64,000 bases of DNA from a virus (lineage: Duplodnaviria > Caudoviricetes): positions 1-64,000 of IMG/VR virus record IMGVR_UViG_3300033076_001137; one strand, written 5' to 3'. This document shows, piece after piece, positions 35,823 through 44,686 of this stretch (positions are counted from its first letter, which is position 1; every line of letters starts with the position of its first letter). Below the pieces are notes generated by a model, which ran no database searches, was not told where the DNA came from, and saw only the letters and a list, made by a program, of their open reading frames with translations. The translations under genes and the position numbers were made by a program.

Positions 35823-36632
35823 TCAGCTCTGTCGAGTGGGTACCCACCAGGTGGTTCTTCCATCGAGAGTCTCCTCTCTTACCACCTCTTCTCCGTCATC
35901 ATCTTTATCTCTTCCATAACAAAGAAACATCTCTCCGTAACCACCTGACTCGTTATTAAACCCTTTATATGATTTGATTGTCGCCCCCTGAGACTCGTAT
36001 GAGTCCTTGAGCACTCTCTTGATGCTGTCGTTGAGAGCTTCGAACTCCTCCAGGCTCAGAGAGTCGACCTTTCGATGGGGAGAGAGCCGGGCCATCCAGA
36101 GCGAATCAGCCTTCACGTAGTTGCCGACCCCGGCGATCACGCTCTGATCCATGAGAGCCTGCGCGAGGGTCCACTTCGGCTTTCGCATCATCGCGGCCTG
36201 GAAGCGCTCATGGGTGACATCATCGCCGAGCATATCGGGTCCCAGCGACTTCAGCTTCTGGGAAAGCATCCGCCGACCCTGGGACCACTTCAGAGTCCCG
36301 AAGTTCCGGGTGTCATTGTAGTACACGTCCGTCCCATCGTCGAGGCTCAGACGAACTCTGGCGTGGTTGGAAGCGCTTCCTGACCAATGACCTGTCATGC
36401 CTAACGTCGACCACAGCGATGAGTCACCGCCATCGAGCAGGATATAGATGAATTTACCATGACATCCAGCACCGATGACCCGTTTAGGAAGCTGGGCAAC
36501 AAGGTCAGCGTAACCATCGAACGGCTTCTTCTTGTAGCGACCCGATAGGATCTCGATTCTCTCGATTGTCCGGCCCGACAGCACATGAGCAAGAGCTTCG
36601 GCCGCCAGCTTACATTCCGCGCCCTCAGGCAA
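35823..36632 (-). CDS. Fpg/Nei-family DNA glycosylase with a zincless finger
   Basis: N-terminal MPEGAE, HGKFI, LGMTG, H2TH MDQSVIAGVGNYVKAD; C-terminal GRTTWWVP without four Cys. Confidence 0.9.
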   Translation of the reverse strand: MPEGAECKLAAEALAHVLSGRTIERIEILSGRYKKKPFDGYADLVAQLPKRVIGAGCHGKFIYILLDGGDSSLWSTLGMTGHWSGSASNHARVRLSLDDGTDVYYNDTRNFGTLKWSQGRRMLSQKLKSLGPDMLGDDVTHERFQAAMMRKPKWTLAQALMDQSVIAGVGNYVKADSLWMARLSPHRKVDSLSLEEFEALNDSIKRVLKDSYESQGATIKSYKGFNNESGGYGEMFLCYGRDKDDDGEEVVREETLDGRTTWWVPTRQS

Positions 36633-37056
36633 CTTTCACCTCCTCATTGTAGATCTTCTTTAGATGATCATGATAGTCGTTAAGCGCGTGATCCTTCGGC
36701 TGCACAGCGCGCCAGTCGCCGAGGATGAAGATCCGATAGGCATCATCTCCGTACTTGCCCACACCGTGGAGCTCCTTCGCCTGCTTCCAACCCCCCGCAG
36801 CGTACTGAGCTGACATCCGCTTGAGCGTCTGCGTTCGCTTGCGCTGCATGCCGAGAGGCTTGATGAGCACCTCGAGGTCATCATCGGGTGCTGCAGCGAG
36901 ATCCTGCGGAGTTGGCCAGCGCTGGAACATCTCCTCGACGACTGGCTCCATCTGCGCACGTTTCGTTAGGTTGAGGCATAGGCAGCAGACGAGGATCTTC
37001 CAACCGTCGGGCCAGTACTTTTCCTGAATGAGACCGAATTTAGGGGGAATCCACAT
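36625..37056 (-). CDS. MBD4-like HhH-GPD mismatch DNA glycosylase (stand-alone catalytic domain)
   Basis: LIQE...WKILV....LN.T, LIKPLGM, ELHGVGKYGDDAYRIF, PKDHALNDYH parallel the recalled MBD4 glycosylase (ELHGIGKYGNDSYRIF, PEDHKLNKYH). Confidence 0.85.
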   Translation of the reverse strand: MWIPPKFGLIQEKYWPDGWKILVCCLCLNLTKRAQMEPVVEEMFQRWPTPQDLAAAPDDDLEVLIKPLGMQRKRTQTLKRMSAQYAAGGWKQAKELHGVGKYGDDAYRIFILGDWRAVQPKDHALNDYHDHLKKIYNEEVKVA

Positions 37057-37095
37057 ACTATCATTTTACGTGGAATTCCCTATTTTACAAGCCGA

Positions 37096-37473
37096 TTATC
37101 CGACGCCCGCGAATCCTGCTGATCCTGTCACGATGCTGAAGCTTGAGGTCGGAACGCTCGTCAATCCTGCTAGAACGACGAAGGGTATGGAAGCTCCCGT
37201 CGAGCTGGAGAGGAAGAGCCTATCAACCCTGAACTCATTCGAGTAGCTGCTTCCGGAGGGAACGACAAAGTAATTGGTTCCCTGGACACCGAGCTGCGTA
37301 AAGCCCACACGAAGCTCAAGAGCGCTACGATTCTGGACAGTGAAGAACCGTGTCACAAACGGAAAGGTCACAGCTTGAACTGTCGTCACGTTGGAGGCTG
37401 TGACGAAAGGAGTCGCTGAGACCTGGTAAGCTGGGACGTATCCCTCACTCATAACTGGATTATTTAAGCCCAT
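37096..37473 (-). CDS. Hypothetical protein, beta-rich, probable structural
   Basis: ORF 125 aa; ATATTTAA at 37501-37494. Confidence 0.7.
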   Translation of the reverse strand: MGLNNPVMSEGYVPAYQVSATPFVTASNVTTVQAVTFPFVTRFFTVQNRSALELRVGFTQLGVQGTNYFVVPSGSSYSNEFRVDRLFLSSSTGASIPFVVLAGLTSVPTSSFSIVTGSAGFAGVG

Positions 37474-37511
37474 ATTGTTGTCATCCTACGAGCTTAAATA
37501 TACGCTCCCTA

Positions 37512-38324
37512 TCAATACGGCGGAGTATACATTCCCTCGGGGAAATGACCGAGACTTAGTATAATCTCATCGATGGCTTTCGCCGTCTGCTCACAATCTT
37601 GCACCTTAATCGATCGATTGAAAGATTTGAGTGCCTCGTATATCTCGAAGTCATTTCCCATAGGATCACAGCGATCGCCCACGAACCAGACCACATCTGA
37701 TGGAAAATGACGAAGGACATACGACTTGTCCCATCCCTCTGGGTAAATGTCGAACGATGTCGAGCCGCCGAGCTTGACCGTAAGTTTTTTGCTAAGAGCG
37801 TACAGACGATCACGAAGAGTGACCAGGGTCGCAATTCTCAAGTTTGACTTCTTGTCGATCCTTTCGAATTCCTCACGATCTTCATGACCTGCCTCACGCC
37901 CAATTGGACACCAGTTCATCATAGAACCACGATACGATACGAACTGACCCGTTAGAGGAAGCTCAGGAACGACCTCCATGAGGTCTCCCTGCATCGAATG
38001 CAGTATCTTGTGAAACTGACGCCAATCATTTCCTAAGTAATCTCTCATCGAGATCGATGGAACCTGAGATTTCCATGATCCTTCCGCATAGATCCAGTGC
38101 TCGGTTCCATTACAGGAAAAAACCTCTAGACCCTTCTCGAAAAGTTCATGATCTACCTGCTCGATAACGTACGCCAGAGTGGAACCAGTTACTATTCCGA
38201 CCCTGGCACATTGCAAGAGCTCGATCAGCTTGTCCTTATTCTTTCTCGTGATCTTCTTACGTGGAGGAGTTAGCGTCCCGTCGAGATCGAAGAGAACTAT
38301 CGTTCTATTGTTCATGCTATACAA
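37512..38324 (-). CDS. Phosphomannomutase, eukaryote-type HAD family
   Basis: FDLDGTLTPPR, NWCPIGR, GGSTSFDIYPEGWDKSY, FVGD...GNDFEIY match the PMM1/PMM2/Sec53 pattern. Confidence 0.88.
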   Translation of the reverse strand: MYSMNNRTIVLFDLDGTLTPPRKKITRKNKDKLIELLQCARVGIVTGSTLAYVIEQVDHELFEKGLEVFSCNGTEHWIYAEGSWKSQVPSISMRDYLGNDWRQFHKILHSMQGDLMEVVPELPLTGQFVSYRGSMMNWCPIGREAGHEDREEFERIDKKSNLRIATLVTLRDRLYALSKKLTVKLGGSTSFDIYPEGWDKSYVLRHFPSDVVWFVGDRCDPMGNDFEIYEALKSFNRSIKVQDCEQTAKAIDEIILSLGHFPEGMYTPPY

Positions 38325-38957
38325 TTAGTATCCAAATGCTTCTATCGTGTGTTTGAAAGGATCACCAGGGATCGCGCGGACTTGACAAAGCATCTCCTCC
38401 GCAAGCCAGCAAATCTCACGTTGAGCGTCTGGCTTCATCCGAAGACCGAGGAAGTGGTTGAAAGAGCGCCAGTTGAACATGAGATCTGCGGTGATCTGAT
38501 TACCATATGGAAGGTAAAAGCGAGCGCTTTCCTTAGCTCGCTTTCGACTCATGCCACCTTCGACAAGACGCTCGAGTGTCTCATGATAACGCATGAGAGC
38601 GTCCTCCATGAAAGCGATGTATCTCGCCTGCTCCTCAAGCGGCCAATCCTTTGGGAGATAGTACTTGTCATCCTTGAGTTCCTTGTAACGTGCCGACTCT
38701 GCGTTGATCGAGACACCAATCCGATGCTTGAGAAGCTGGATGTGAGTCGCGATGTCTGTAGTGACAAGGAAGCTCAGAGAGCTCTTCTCGAAGGGGGTCT
38801 CATGTCCATTCTCGGCCAGCATTCTCAGGAGCGAGGGGACTCGTGTCTGCTTCTCTGCCGTGAGTTCCCGACTCGTGCTTGTCCATGCCGAGAGCGCGTG
38901 GCTCTCGTCGCCACCGTACCAACCGACCAATTCTACCTTGTTGTCCTGAAAGGGCAT
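38325..38957 (-). CDS. thyX: FAD-dependent thymidylate synthase
   Basis: GHETPFE, KHRIGVSINAESARY (RHRx7-8SxR variant), ESARFYLP, NWRSFNHFLGLR, DAQREI. Confidence 0.93.
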   Translation of the reverse strand: MPFQDNKVELVGWYGGDESHALSAWTSTSRELTAEKQTRVPSLLRMLAENGHETPFEKSSLSFLVTTDIATHIQLLKHRIGVSINAESARYKELKDDKYYLPKDWPLEEQARYIAFMEDALMRYHETLERLVEGGMSRKRAKESARFYLPYGNQITADLMFNWRSFNHFLGLRMKPDAQREICWLAEEMLCQVRAIPGDPFKHTIEAFGY

Positions 38958-39162
38958 GTCTTAATTTACTCCTGATATGCTTATCCCAGATGATCTCGAA
39001 ACCCCACTGCAGGAGGGTCAGAGTGGAGCCCGTTAGGAACACGATTCCAGCTGACTCTCCTGCGTTGTTTGTGAACATGTAGGCGATCGAGAAGCCATAA
39101 CACATGGAGAAGAATCTCCATGTGATGACCTTTGTTAAGAGCTCGATCTTCGCAGTTTTCAA
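38800..39162 (-). CDS. DUF2061-like small membrane protein (3' end overlaps thyX)
   Basis: LLTKVITWRFFS...two hydrophobic segments...EIIWDK; TTG start one nt after the clpP stop. Confidence 0.55.
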   Translation of the reverse strand: MKTAKIELLTKVITWRFFSMCYGFSIAYMFTNNAGESAGIVFLTGSTLTLLQWGFEIIWDKHIRSKLRHALSGQQGRIGRLVRWRREPRALGMDKHESGTHGREADTSPLAPENAGREWT

Positions 39163-39163
39163 T

Positions 39164-39766
39164 TTAGTCCAGGGTGTAGTTGAGTTCGATCTTACAGGTG
39201 AGAGTCGGGACCCTAAGCTCATTGGCGATGTTATGCAACTTCGCCTCTTGGCTGTCGAGGTACCAGTCTGCGTGACCCTTCTCATGGACGAGCTTCAGGA
39301 AGTAGTCCGAAGGCTTCCCACAATTGCGAGCCATCATCTCGTAGACTTTCTTGTTGAGGCGCTCGACCTCCTTCGCGTTTGTCTTGATCTCCTCGACCTT
39401 ACCGAAGGATCCAGAGGAGACATCATGAATCATGAGAGTAGCATCCGGATCCATGAATCTCATGCCCTCGGCTCCGAAACTGAAGAGAAGTGCGCCACAG
39501 CTCATCGCCTTGCCCTCGACGATGGTCGCCACAGGAACTCGAGAAGCCTTGATCGCAGAGATCATGGCCATGAGAGAGTACACTTGACCGCCATAGGAAT
39601 CAATGACGACAGGAATCACCGACTGACCCGTATTCTGCGCTCGGCTCATGAGATCCACGAATTCCTTCGCGGATTCCTCATCGAACTCGTTGACCCTGAT
39701 AATGATTGGATCAACCTTGAGTTCAACTGCCTTGATGTGATGAGAAACGTCTGCGATAAAGTTCAT
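39164..39766 (-). CDS. clpP: ClpP-family serine protease
   Basis: IDSYGG, GKAMSCG (Ser), LMIHD (His), DWYLDSQEA (Asp); start MNFIAD at 39766 with AGGA RBS. Confidence 0.88.
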   Translation of the reverse strand: MNFIADVSHHIKAVELKVDPIIIRVNEFDEESAKEFVDLMSRAQNTGQSVIPVVIDSYGGQVYSLMAMISAIKASRVPVATIVEGKAMSCGALLFSFGAEGMRFMDPDATLMIHDVSSGSFGKVEEIKTNAKEVERLNKKVYEMMARNCGKPSDYFLKLVHEKGHADWYLDSQEAKLHNIANELRVPTLTCKIELNYTLD

Positions 39767-39815
39767 TGCGTATCCTGTCTGTGTTAGGTTAATGATTTTT
39801 TCTACTGTTCGTTCT

Positions 39816-42317
39816 TCACTTGCACTTCGAATAGCCGCACGACTTACAGGAAAGGCAGCCTTCCTGATAGACGAGCTCGGAATTGCCACACTCTGGGCAC
39901 CCCTTTTCGCTTGACTTAGTACCATCCTTGATGTATCCCTTGAATACCCGGGCGATCACCCGAGCATATGAAAACATATCGCTATTCTTATCCTTTTGCA
40001 ACTGCTCGACAACATAATGAAGCGGAACCTCATGCCGAAGAGCGAGGGAGATGGTTCTCGTGAATGCTCCTTGTGTCGGATTGTCGAAAAGGTTCACGAT
40101 GTCCTTGAAGATGAGGTTATCATCCTCTGCAACTGGAACGAGAAGGTTATAGGTCGCAATTCCATCACGTTTTCCATTCTTAACGAGCGTTCCCGACTTG
40201 TACTTCTTGGGAATCTCGATGTTCTCGGGAATTCCGCAGAAAACCTCGTATGGCTTCCCGTCGTTCAGACCGATGAGCACGAGCCAAGATTCTGGAACAT
40301 CGCCATTTCTGATGTTGACCCTGTGAATATCACAAGGAAGCGATTTCGGACGCTTCGGAACCAGACGCCCATCGTCAGCCCTCTTGCTCTCCTTCTTGGG
40401 TTCGTCGGTAGCGACAAGAACACCTGCTCGACAGCCATCACGGTAAACTGTGAATCCCTTGCAACCCGTCTTCCAAGCTTTCATGTAGACGTCATTGACC
40501 GTTTCTCGGGTCGCCGAGTTAGGAAGGTTGCAAGTCTTAGAGATCGAGTGATCGATCCACTTCTGGGCTGCTGCCTGAATCTCAACGCTCTTGCTCCAGT
40601 CGATGTCGTTCGCTGTTCCGCCCCAGTAAGGGCTCTCCTGCGGATCAGACTTGCCCGTCACGTCCATCCACTTCTTGAACCAGTGGTGGTAAACCGTGTA
40701 CTCTTGCCACTTATCGCCCAACGGGTCCACGTAATCCACCCTGGAGGTAAGATCGCCCTGCGTGATCTTACGCCGGCGCTTGTAAGAGAGCATGAACGCT
40801 GGCTCGATTCCCGACGTCGTGCGCGTGAGGCACGAGACGGAGCCGACTGGTGCGGTGGTGGTGAGCGCAATGTTGCGTCGACCAGTCTTCTTCCACATAT
40901 CGATCGCATCGGGATGGAGCGAGTTCGTAGCCTCCATGACGCCCTTCAAATACTTGTGATCCTTCTCCTTCTCATAATCCCAGACTGGGAACGCGCCACG
41001 TTCCTGAGCCATCACGAGAGAAGAATAATGAGCGTACTTCGCGAGCCAGCTGTAGATCACCTCGGTCATGTGAATCGAATTATCAGATCCGTACTTGAGA
41101 CCGAGAGCTGCGAGAGCGTCTCCAAGACCTGTGATTCCGAGACCGGTCCTGCGACCGTTGAGACCGGCAGCTCGGATCTTGTTCCAAAGATCGCGTTCGA
41201 TCCTCTTCACGTGATCAGGCTGCGGATCCTTCTCAATTTTAGCTAGAATACGATCGACACATTCAACCTCAAGGTCGACGAGATCGTCCATGAGACGTTG
41301 CGCTGCGTAAACCGTCTTGCCGAATTCAATGAAATCAAACTCAGCCCGGTCGGTGAAAGGATCTTTCACGAAAGACGTTAGATTAACGACCATGAGACGA
41401 CACGAGTCATACGGGCTGAGTGGGATCTCGCCGCATGGATTGGTCGAGATCGTCTTGTACCCGACGTCACGATAGCAATCGACCACTCCATTATCAACCA
41501 CAGTATCCCAGAAGAGAGCACCCGGCTCAGCGGAGGCCCAAGCAGCGTCGATGAACTTATCCCAGATTTGCTTCGCGTTGACGGTCTTCGTGATCTCAGC
41601 ATCAGCAGGATCATTTTCGACAGGCCAACGCAGCGTGAAATCACTGTTTGTTTCAACTGCGCGCATGAACTCGTCTGTGAACCGGATCGAGATATTGGCA
41701 CCCGTCACCTTCTTCAGATCACGCTTGATGTCGATGAAGGTCTCAATCTCGGGATGACGACAGTCGATGGTGAGCATGAGCGCACCGCGGCGACCGCCCT
41801 GAGCAACCTCACGGCAGGAGTTTGAGAAGCGCTCCATGAAGACGCCGATGCCATCAGTTGTTCGCGCAGCGTTCGAAGTCGGTTGTCCCTTCGGACGAAT
41901 GGTGGAGATGTCGAATCCGACCCCACCGCGCCTCTTCATGATCTGAACCTGCTCCTGGTCCGAGAAAAGAATACCACCGTATGAGTCGTTCGGCTGCTCG
42001 ATGACGAAACAGTTCGATAACGACTGGAGCTGGTACGGGTTTCCGATTCCGGACATCGGAGATCCCTGCGGAACGACGTACTTGAAGTCACGCAGCAGAT
42101 TGTAAATGCTCTCCTCGCCCATCGGATTCGGATACTTTCTCTCGATCCTAGCAAATTCACGAGCAAGACGACGGTGCATCATGTCAGGATCCGCCTCGAG
42201 CAGGTTATCGTCAGCGTCACGAAGCGCGTACTTCATGAAAACGTCTGGTGCGAGCTCATCATTCTCAAAGTAAGCGTTGGTACGCTCGCGAACTTCATTC
42301 TTGGTGTAAGACATCAT
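39816..42317 (-). CDS. nrdJ: Class II (adenosylcobalamin-dependent) ribonucleotide reductase
   Basis: SNCFV, RRGALM, TNPCGEIPL, RRTGLG, APVGSVS, SISKTCN, YRDGCR; C-terminal EGC..C..CGYSKC; no NrdB nearby. Confidence 0.92.
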   Translation of the reverse strand: MMSYTKNEVRERTNAYFENDELAPDVFMKYALRDADDNLLEADPDMMHRRLAREFARIERKYPNPMGEESIYNLLRDFKYVVPQGSPMSGIGNPYQLQSLSNCFVIEQPNDSYGGILFSDQEQVQIMKRRGGVGFDISTIRPKGQPTSNAARTTDGIGVFMERFSNSCREVAQGGRRGALMLTIDCRHPEIETFIDIKRDLKKVTGANISIRFTDEFMRAVETNSDFTLRWPVENDPADAEITKTVNAKQIWDKFIDAAWASAEPGALFWDTVVDNGVVDCYRDVGYKTISTNPCGEIPLSPYDSCRLMVVNLTSFVKDPFTDRAEFDFIEFGKTVYAAQRLMDDLVDLEVECVDRILAKIEKDPQPDHVKRIERDLWNKIRAAGLNGRRTGLGITGLGDALAALGLKYGSDNSIHMTEVIYSWLAKYAHYSSLVMAQERGAFPVWDYEKEKDHKYLKGVMEATNSLHPDAIDMWKKTGRRNIALTTTAPVGSVSCLTRTTSGIEPAFMLSYKRRRKITQGDLTSRVDYVDPLGDKWQEYTVYHHWFKKWMDVTGKSDPQESPYWGGTANDIDWSKSVEIQAAAQKWIDHSISKTCNLPNSATRETVNDVYMKAWKTGCKGFTVYRDGCRAGVLVATDEPKKESKRADDGRLVPKRPKSLPCDIHRVNIRNGDVPESWLVLIGLNDGKPYEVFCGIPENIEIPKKYKSGTLVKNGKRDGIATYNLLVPVAEDDNLIFKDIVNLFDNPTQGAFTRTISLALRHEVPLHYVVEQLQKDKNSDMFSYARVIARVFKGYIKDGTKSSEKGCPECGNSELVYQEGCLSCKSCGYSKCK

Positions 42318-42323
42318 TTCTCC

Positions 42324-43715
42324 CTATTTGCTGCCCGTCACTTCTTGCCACTTCTTACGCAAAAGCTTTTTTGCGTCATTTCCGTCTTGAGTCATAGATT
42401 CCTGCAAAGTCAAGCTATTCTCATCAAGAATCTTAATCCTAGATTGCGAAGTATCGATGTGAATAGGAAAAAGAATACCGTCTCGACCAGCTCGATTTTT
42501 CGCCACGAAAAGCCGACCTGAACCGTCAGCTTTTTCGCTGGGCTTTCTCGATATAGACATAACGACATCTGCGACCATTGCCTTTCCGTAAGCCTCACTC
42601 ATATTCTCGAGACCGACGACCTCAGCACCCGACGCTTCACGATTCGCCTGCGAAGCGGTCCAGATTGGAATGTTGAGCTCCATAGCTAGATTTCTGAGCT
42701 CCTCGTACACAAGCTTCAGCTCATGTCTGAGAGAATCGAAAGTCCTGGAAGATCTCATGATGTCAGCGTAGTCGATGATGATCAAGCTCGGTACAAAACC
42801 TTTCAGGTTTAACTTTTCGATATGATTTCTGAGCATCTGGACCGTTGCTGTGCCGGTTGGGTATTCCTTGATGATCAGACGACCAAGATCCATCGTCTCG
42901 TAATTCTTTAGAATCTCTTCCTTCATATCGGGAACGTCATTCGACGGAACACCGCAGAGGTTCGAATCGTAGCGAAGGCCGACAGCCGTTTCCGTAAGCT
43001 CGAATGTGTAGTGCACAACATTCTTACCCATCTTGAGAGCATGTGCCCCCATCGCCGTGAGCCAGTGACTCTTTCCAACGCCAGTCGGAGCTACAACGAC
43101 GCCGAGCTCTCCCCTACCGAGACCACCACGAAGGATGTCCTTACCATCGAGAACGTCCAGCCCAGTGGGACATGGATTGCGATTGATCTTGACAAAACGT
43201 GCCTCGGCATCCTCGAAAAAATCGTGACCCGTCGTATTTGCCATACCGACCGAGACGGCTTTCTTCATGAGGTCGACGACGGACTCGAACTTGTCGGTTG
43301 CCACCATCTCGACTGCCTTCTCGAGCGCCTCACGGAAAGCCTGCCTCTTGCAGAAATCCAGCGACTTTTCCTTCACGTAACCAAGATCGCCCGGATCTGG
43401 GTTAGCGCGCATGCGATGCAAGAAATCGATGATCTGATCCTTGAGAATCGCGTCGGGGCCCTGCTGCAGATCCTCCTTGATGATCGACACCAATAGCTGC
43501 ATCGTCGGGAAGCATTTGAACTTTTCGAAATGCTTGAAGTAACGATCAGTCAGAAACGCTAGGTACTTCAAATCGAAGTAGTCTGGTCTCATGACCTCAA
43601 CCATCTGAGCTGCCCAGATGTGATCCGTTAGCAGACTCTGGAAGATTTTTTCTTGAAACGACTTGCCGTACTGACGAAACAGAGCTTCGCCTGCGTTGAT
43701 TTCGTTCTGAGTCAT
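42324..43715 (-). CDS. dnaB: Replicative DNA helicase (DnaB/T4 gp41-like)
   Basis: APTGVGKS, IIIDYADIM, TASQANR, AKNRAGRDG. Confidence 0.9.
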   Translation of the reverse strand: MTQNEINAGEALFRQYGKSFQEKIFQSLLTDHIWAAQMVEVMRPDYFDLKYLAFLTDRYFKHFEKFKCFPTMQLLVSIIKEDLQQGPDAILKDQIIDFLHRMRANPDPGDLGYVKEKSLDFCKRQAFREALEKAVEMVATDKFESVVDLMKKAVSVGMANTTGHDFFEDAEARFVKINRNPCPTGLDVLDGKDILRGGLGRGELGVVVAPTGVGKSHWLTAMGAHALKMGKNVVHYTFELTETAVGLRYDSNLCGVPSNDVPDMKEEILKNYETMDLGRLIIKEYPTGTATVQMLRNHIEKLNLKGFVPSLIIIDYADIMRSSRTFDSLRHELKLVYEELRNLAMELNIPIWTASQANREASGAEVVGLENMSEAYGKAMVADVVMSISRKPSEKADGSGRLFVAKNRAGRDGILFPIHIDTSQSRIKILDENSLTLQESMTQDGNDAKKLLRKKWQEVTGSK

Positions 43716-43723
43716 AGGCTCTC

Positions 43724-44686
43724 TTAAGTATGAAGAAGGTGACTTGTCAGTTGGAAGAAAGCTCGCTCTCGATCGAAATTATTGATTCCGGACTTGACGA
43801 GCAACCTGAGATACTCCATCTTATTAGCCTCTGGCCTAAATGATTCGAGTCCGGATTCAATTTTTCCAACCTGATTTCCCGAGAGTGAGGAGACGTCGAG
43901 GTTCATAAGTTGCCAATTGAGACGCGCCTCGTCGGCTCCCTCCACTATGCTTCGGAACAACTGCGGACCCTTCGGGGTGGCCCGCGCAACCGCCATGTTG
44001 ACAATGTCATCCGGGCCCAGCAAAGCCTCCCCCGCGACCTCTGGAAAGCGTTTAGCCATAGTCTTCCAGCCGGCTCCCTCAATGCCCGGGATTCCGTCTG
44101 CACCGTCGCCGACAAAGCATCGAGTGGCGACAAAATTTCTGGCTGTGCACCCAAATCGAGTCAAGACGTCGACCTCGTTAACGAAAGATTTCGACGTAGG
44201 ACTCCAGATCCTGACGCGATCATCGAGAAGCTGGTAGTAATCCTTATCGGATGACATAATGACACACGGATCGTCTTTTAACCTGTATCGAGCCACGTAA
44301 GCGATCACATCGTCAGCCTCGCAGTCGGTCACATAGCTCTGCTGTACTGGGAGAAGCTTTAGAATCTGCACGAGGGTGGCAACCTGCCAATTTCGATTAC
44401 CGACGGTGTCTGGGATATCACCCTCGTAGTAGCGATTTAACTTCTGCGGCTTTCGTTTCGTCTTGTACTCAGCAAAGAGAGCACGTCGTCTGGGAGAGCC
44501 GCCTCCTTCCCAGACGACGATGACCCGTCGTGGGCTCAGAAACTCGCATTTCTGCCCCAGCTCGTTCAGAAAACCCACGATCCCACCGATAGCCTGCCCG
44601 TTGGCTCCGAGCGTCGGGTTCGCGCAGAAATGTCGTGTGAAGCAGTTAAGTCCGTCCACCAGTAGAGTGGGTCTTCCGCCGAGCAT
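43724..44686 (-). CDS. 5'-3' exonuclease / RNase H (T4 rnh-like), copy 2
   Basis: LLVDGLN, EYKTKR, CEADDVIA, SSDKDYYQL, GDGADGIPGIEGAG. Confidence 0.92.
   Translation of the reverse strand: MLGGRPTLLVDGLNCFTRHFCANPTLGANGQAIGGIVGFLNELGQKCEFLSPRRVIVVWEGGGSPRRRALFAEYKTKRKPQKLNRYYEGDIPDTVGNRNWQVATLVQILKLLPVQQSYVTDCEADDVIAYVARYRLKDDPCVIMSSDKDYYQLLDDRVRIWSPTSKSFVNEVDVLTRFGCTARNFVATRCFVGDGADGIPGIEGAGWKTMAKRFPEVAGEALLGPDDIVNMAVARATPKGPQLFRSIVEGADEARLNWQLMNLDVSSLSGNQVGKIESGLESFRPEANKMEYLRLLVKSGINNFDRERAFFQLTSHLLHT

Noticed and set aside
35823-38324. Giant eukaryotic virus (NCLDV) origin of the contig
   Set aside because: Contractile tail genes, sigma70, Shine-Dalgarno sites, a lipobox and rho-independent terminators indicate a bacteriophage.
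39767-39925. N-terminal extension of ClpP given in the ORF track
   Set aside because: It overlaps the nrdJ 3' end; the ATG at 39766 has an RBS and gives a normal ClpP length.
43724-43731. ATACTTAA upstream of the helicase as a late promoter
   Set aside because: It coincides with the last codons and stop of the upstream gene and precedes a replication gene, so it is probably coincidental.
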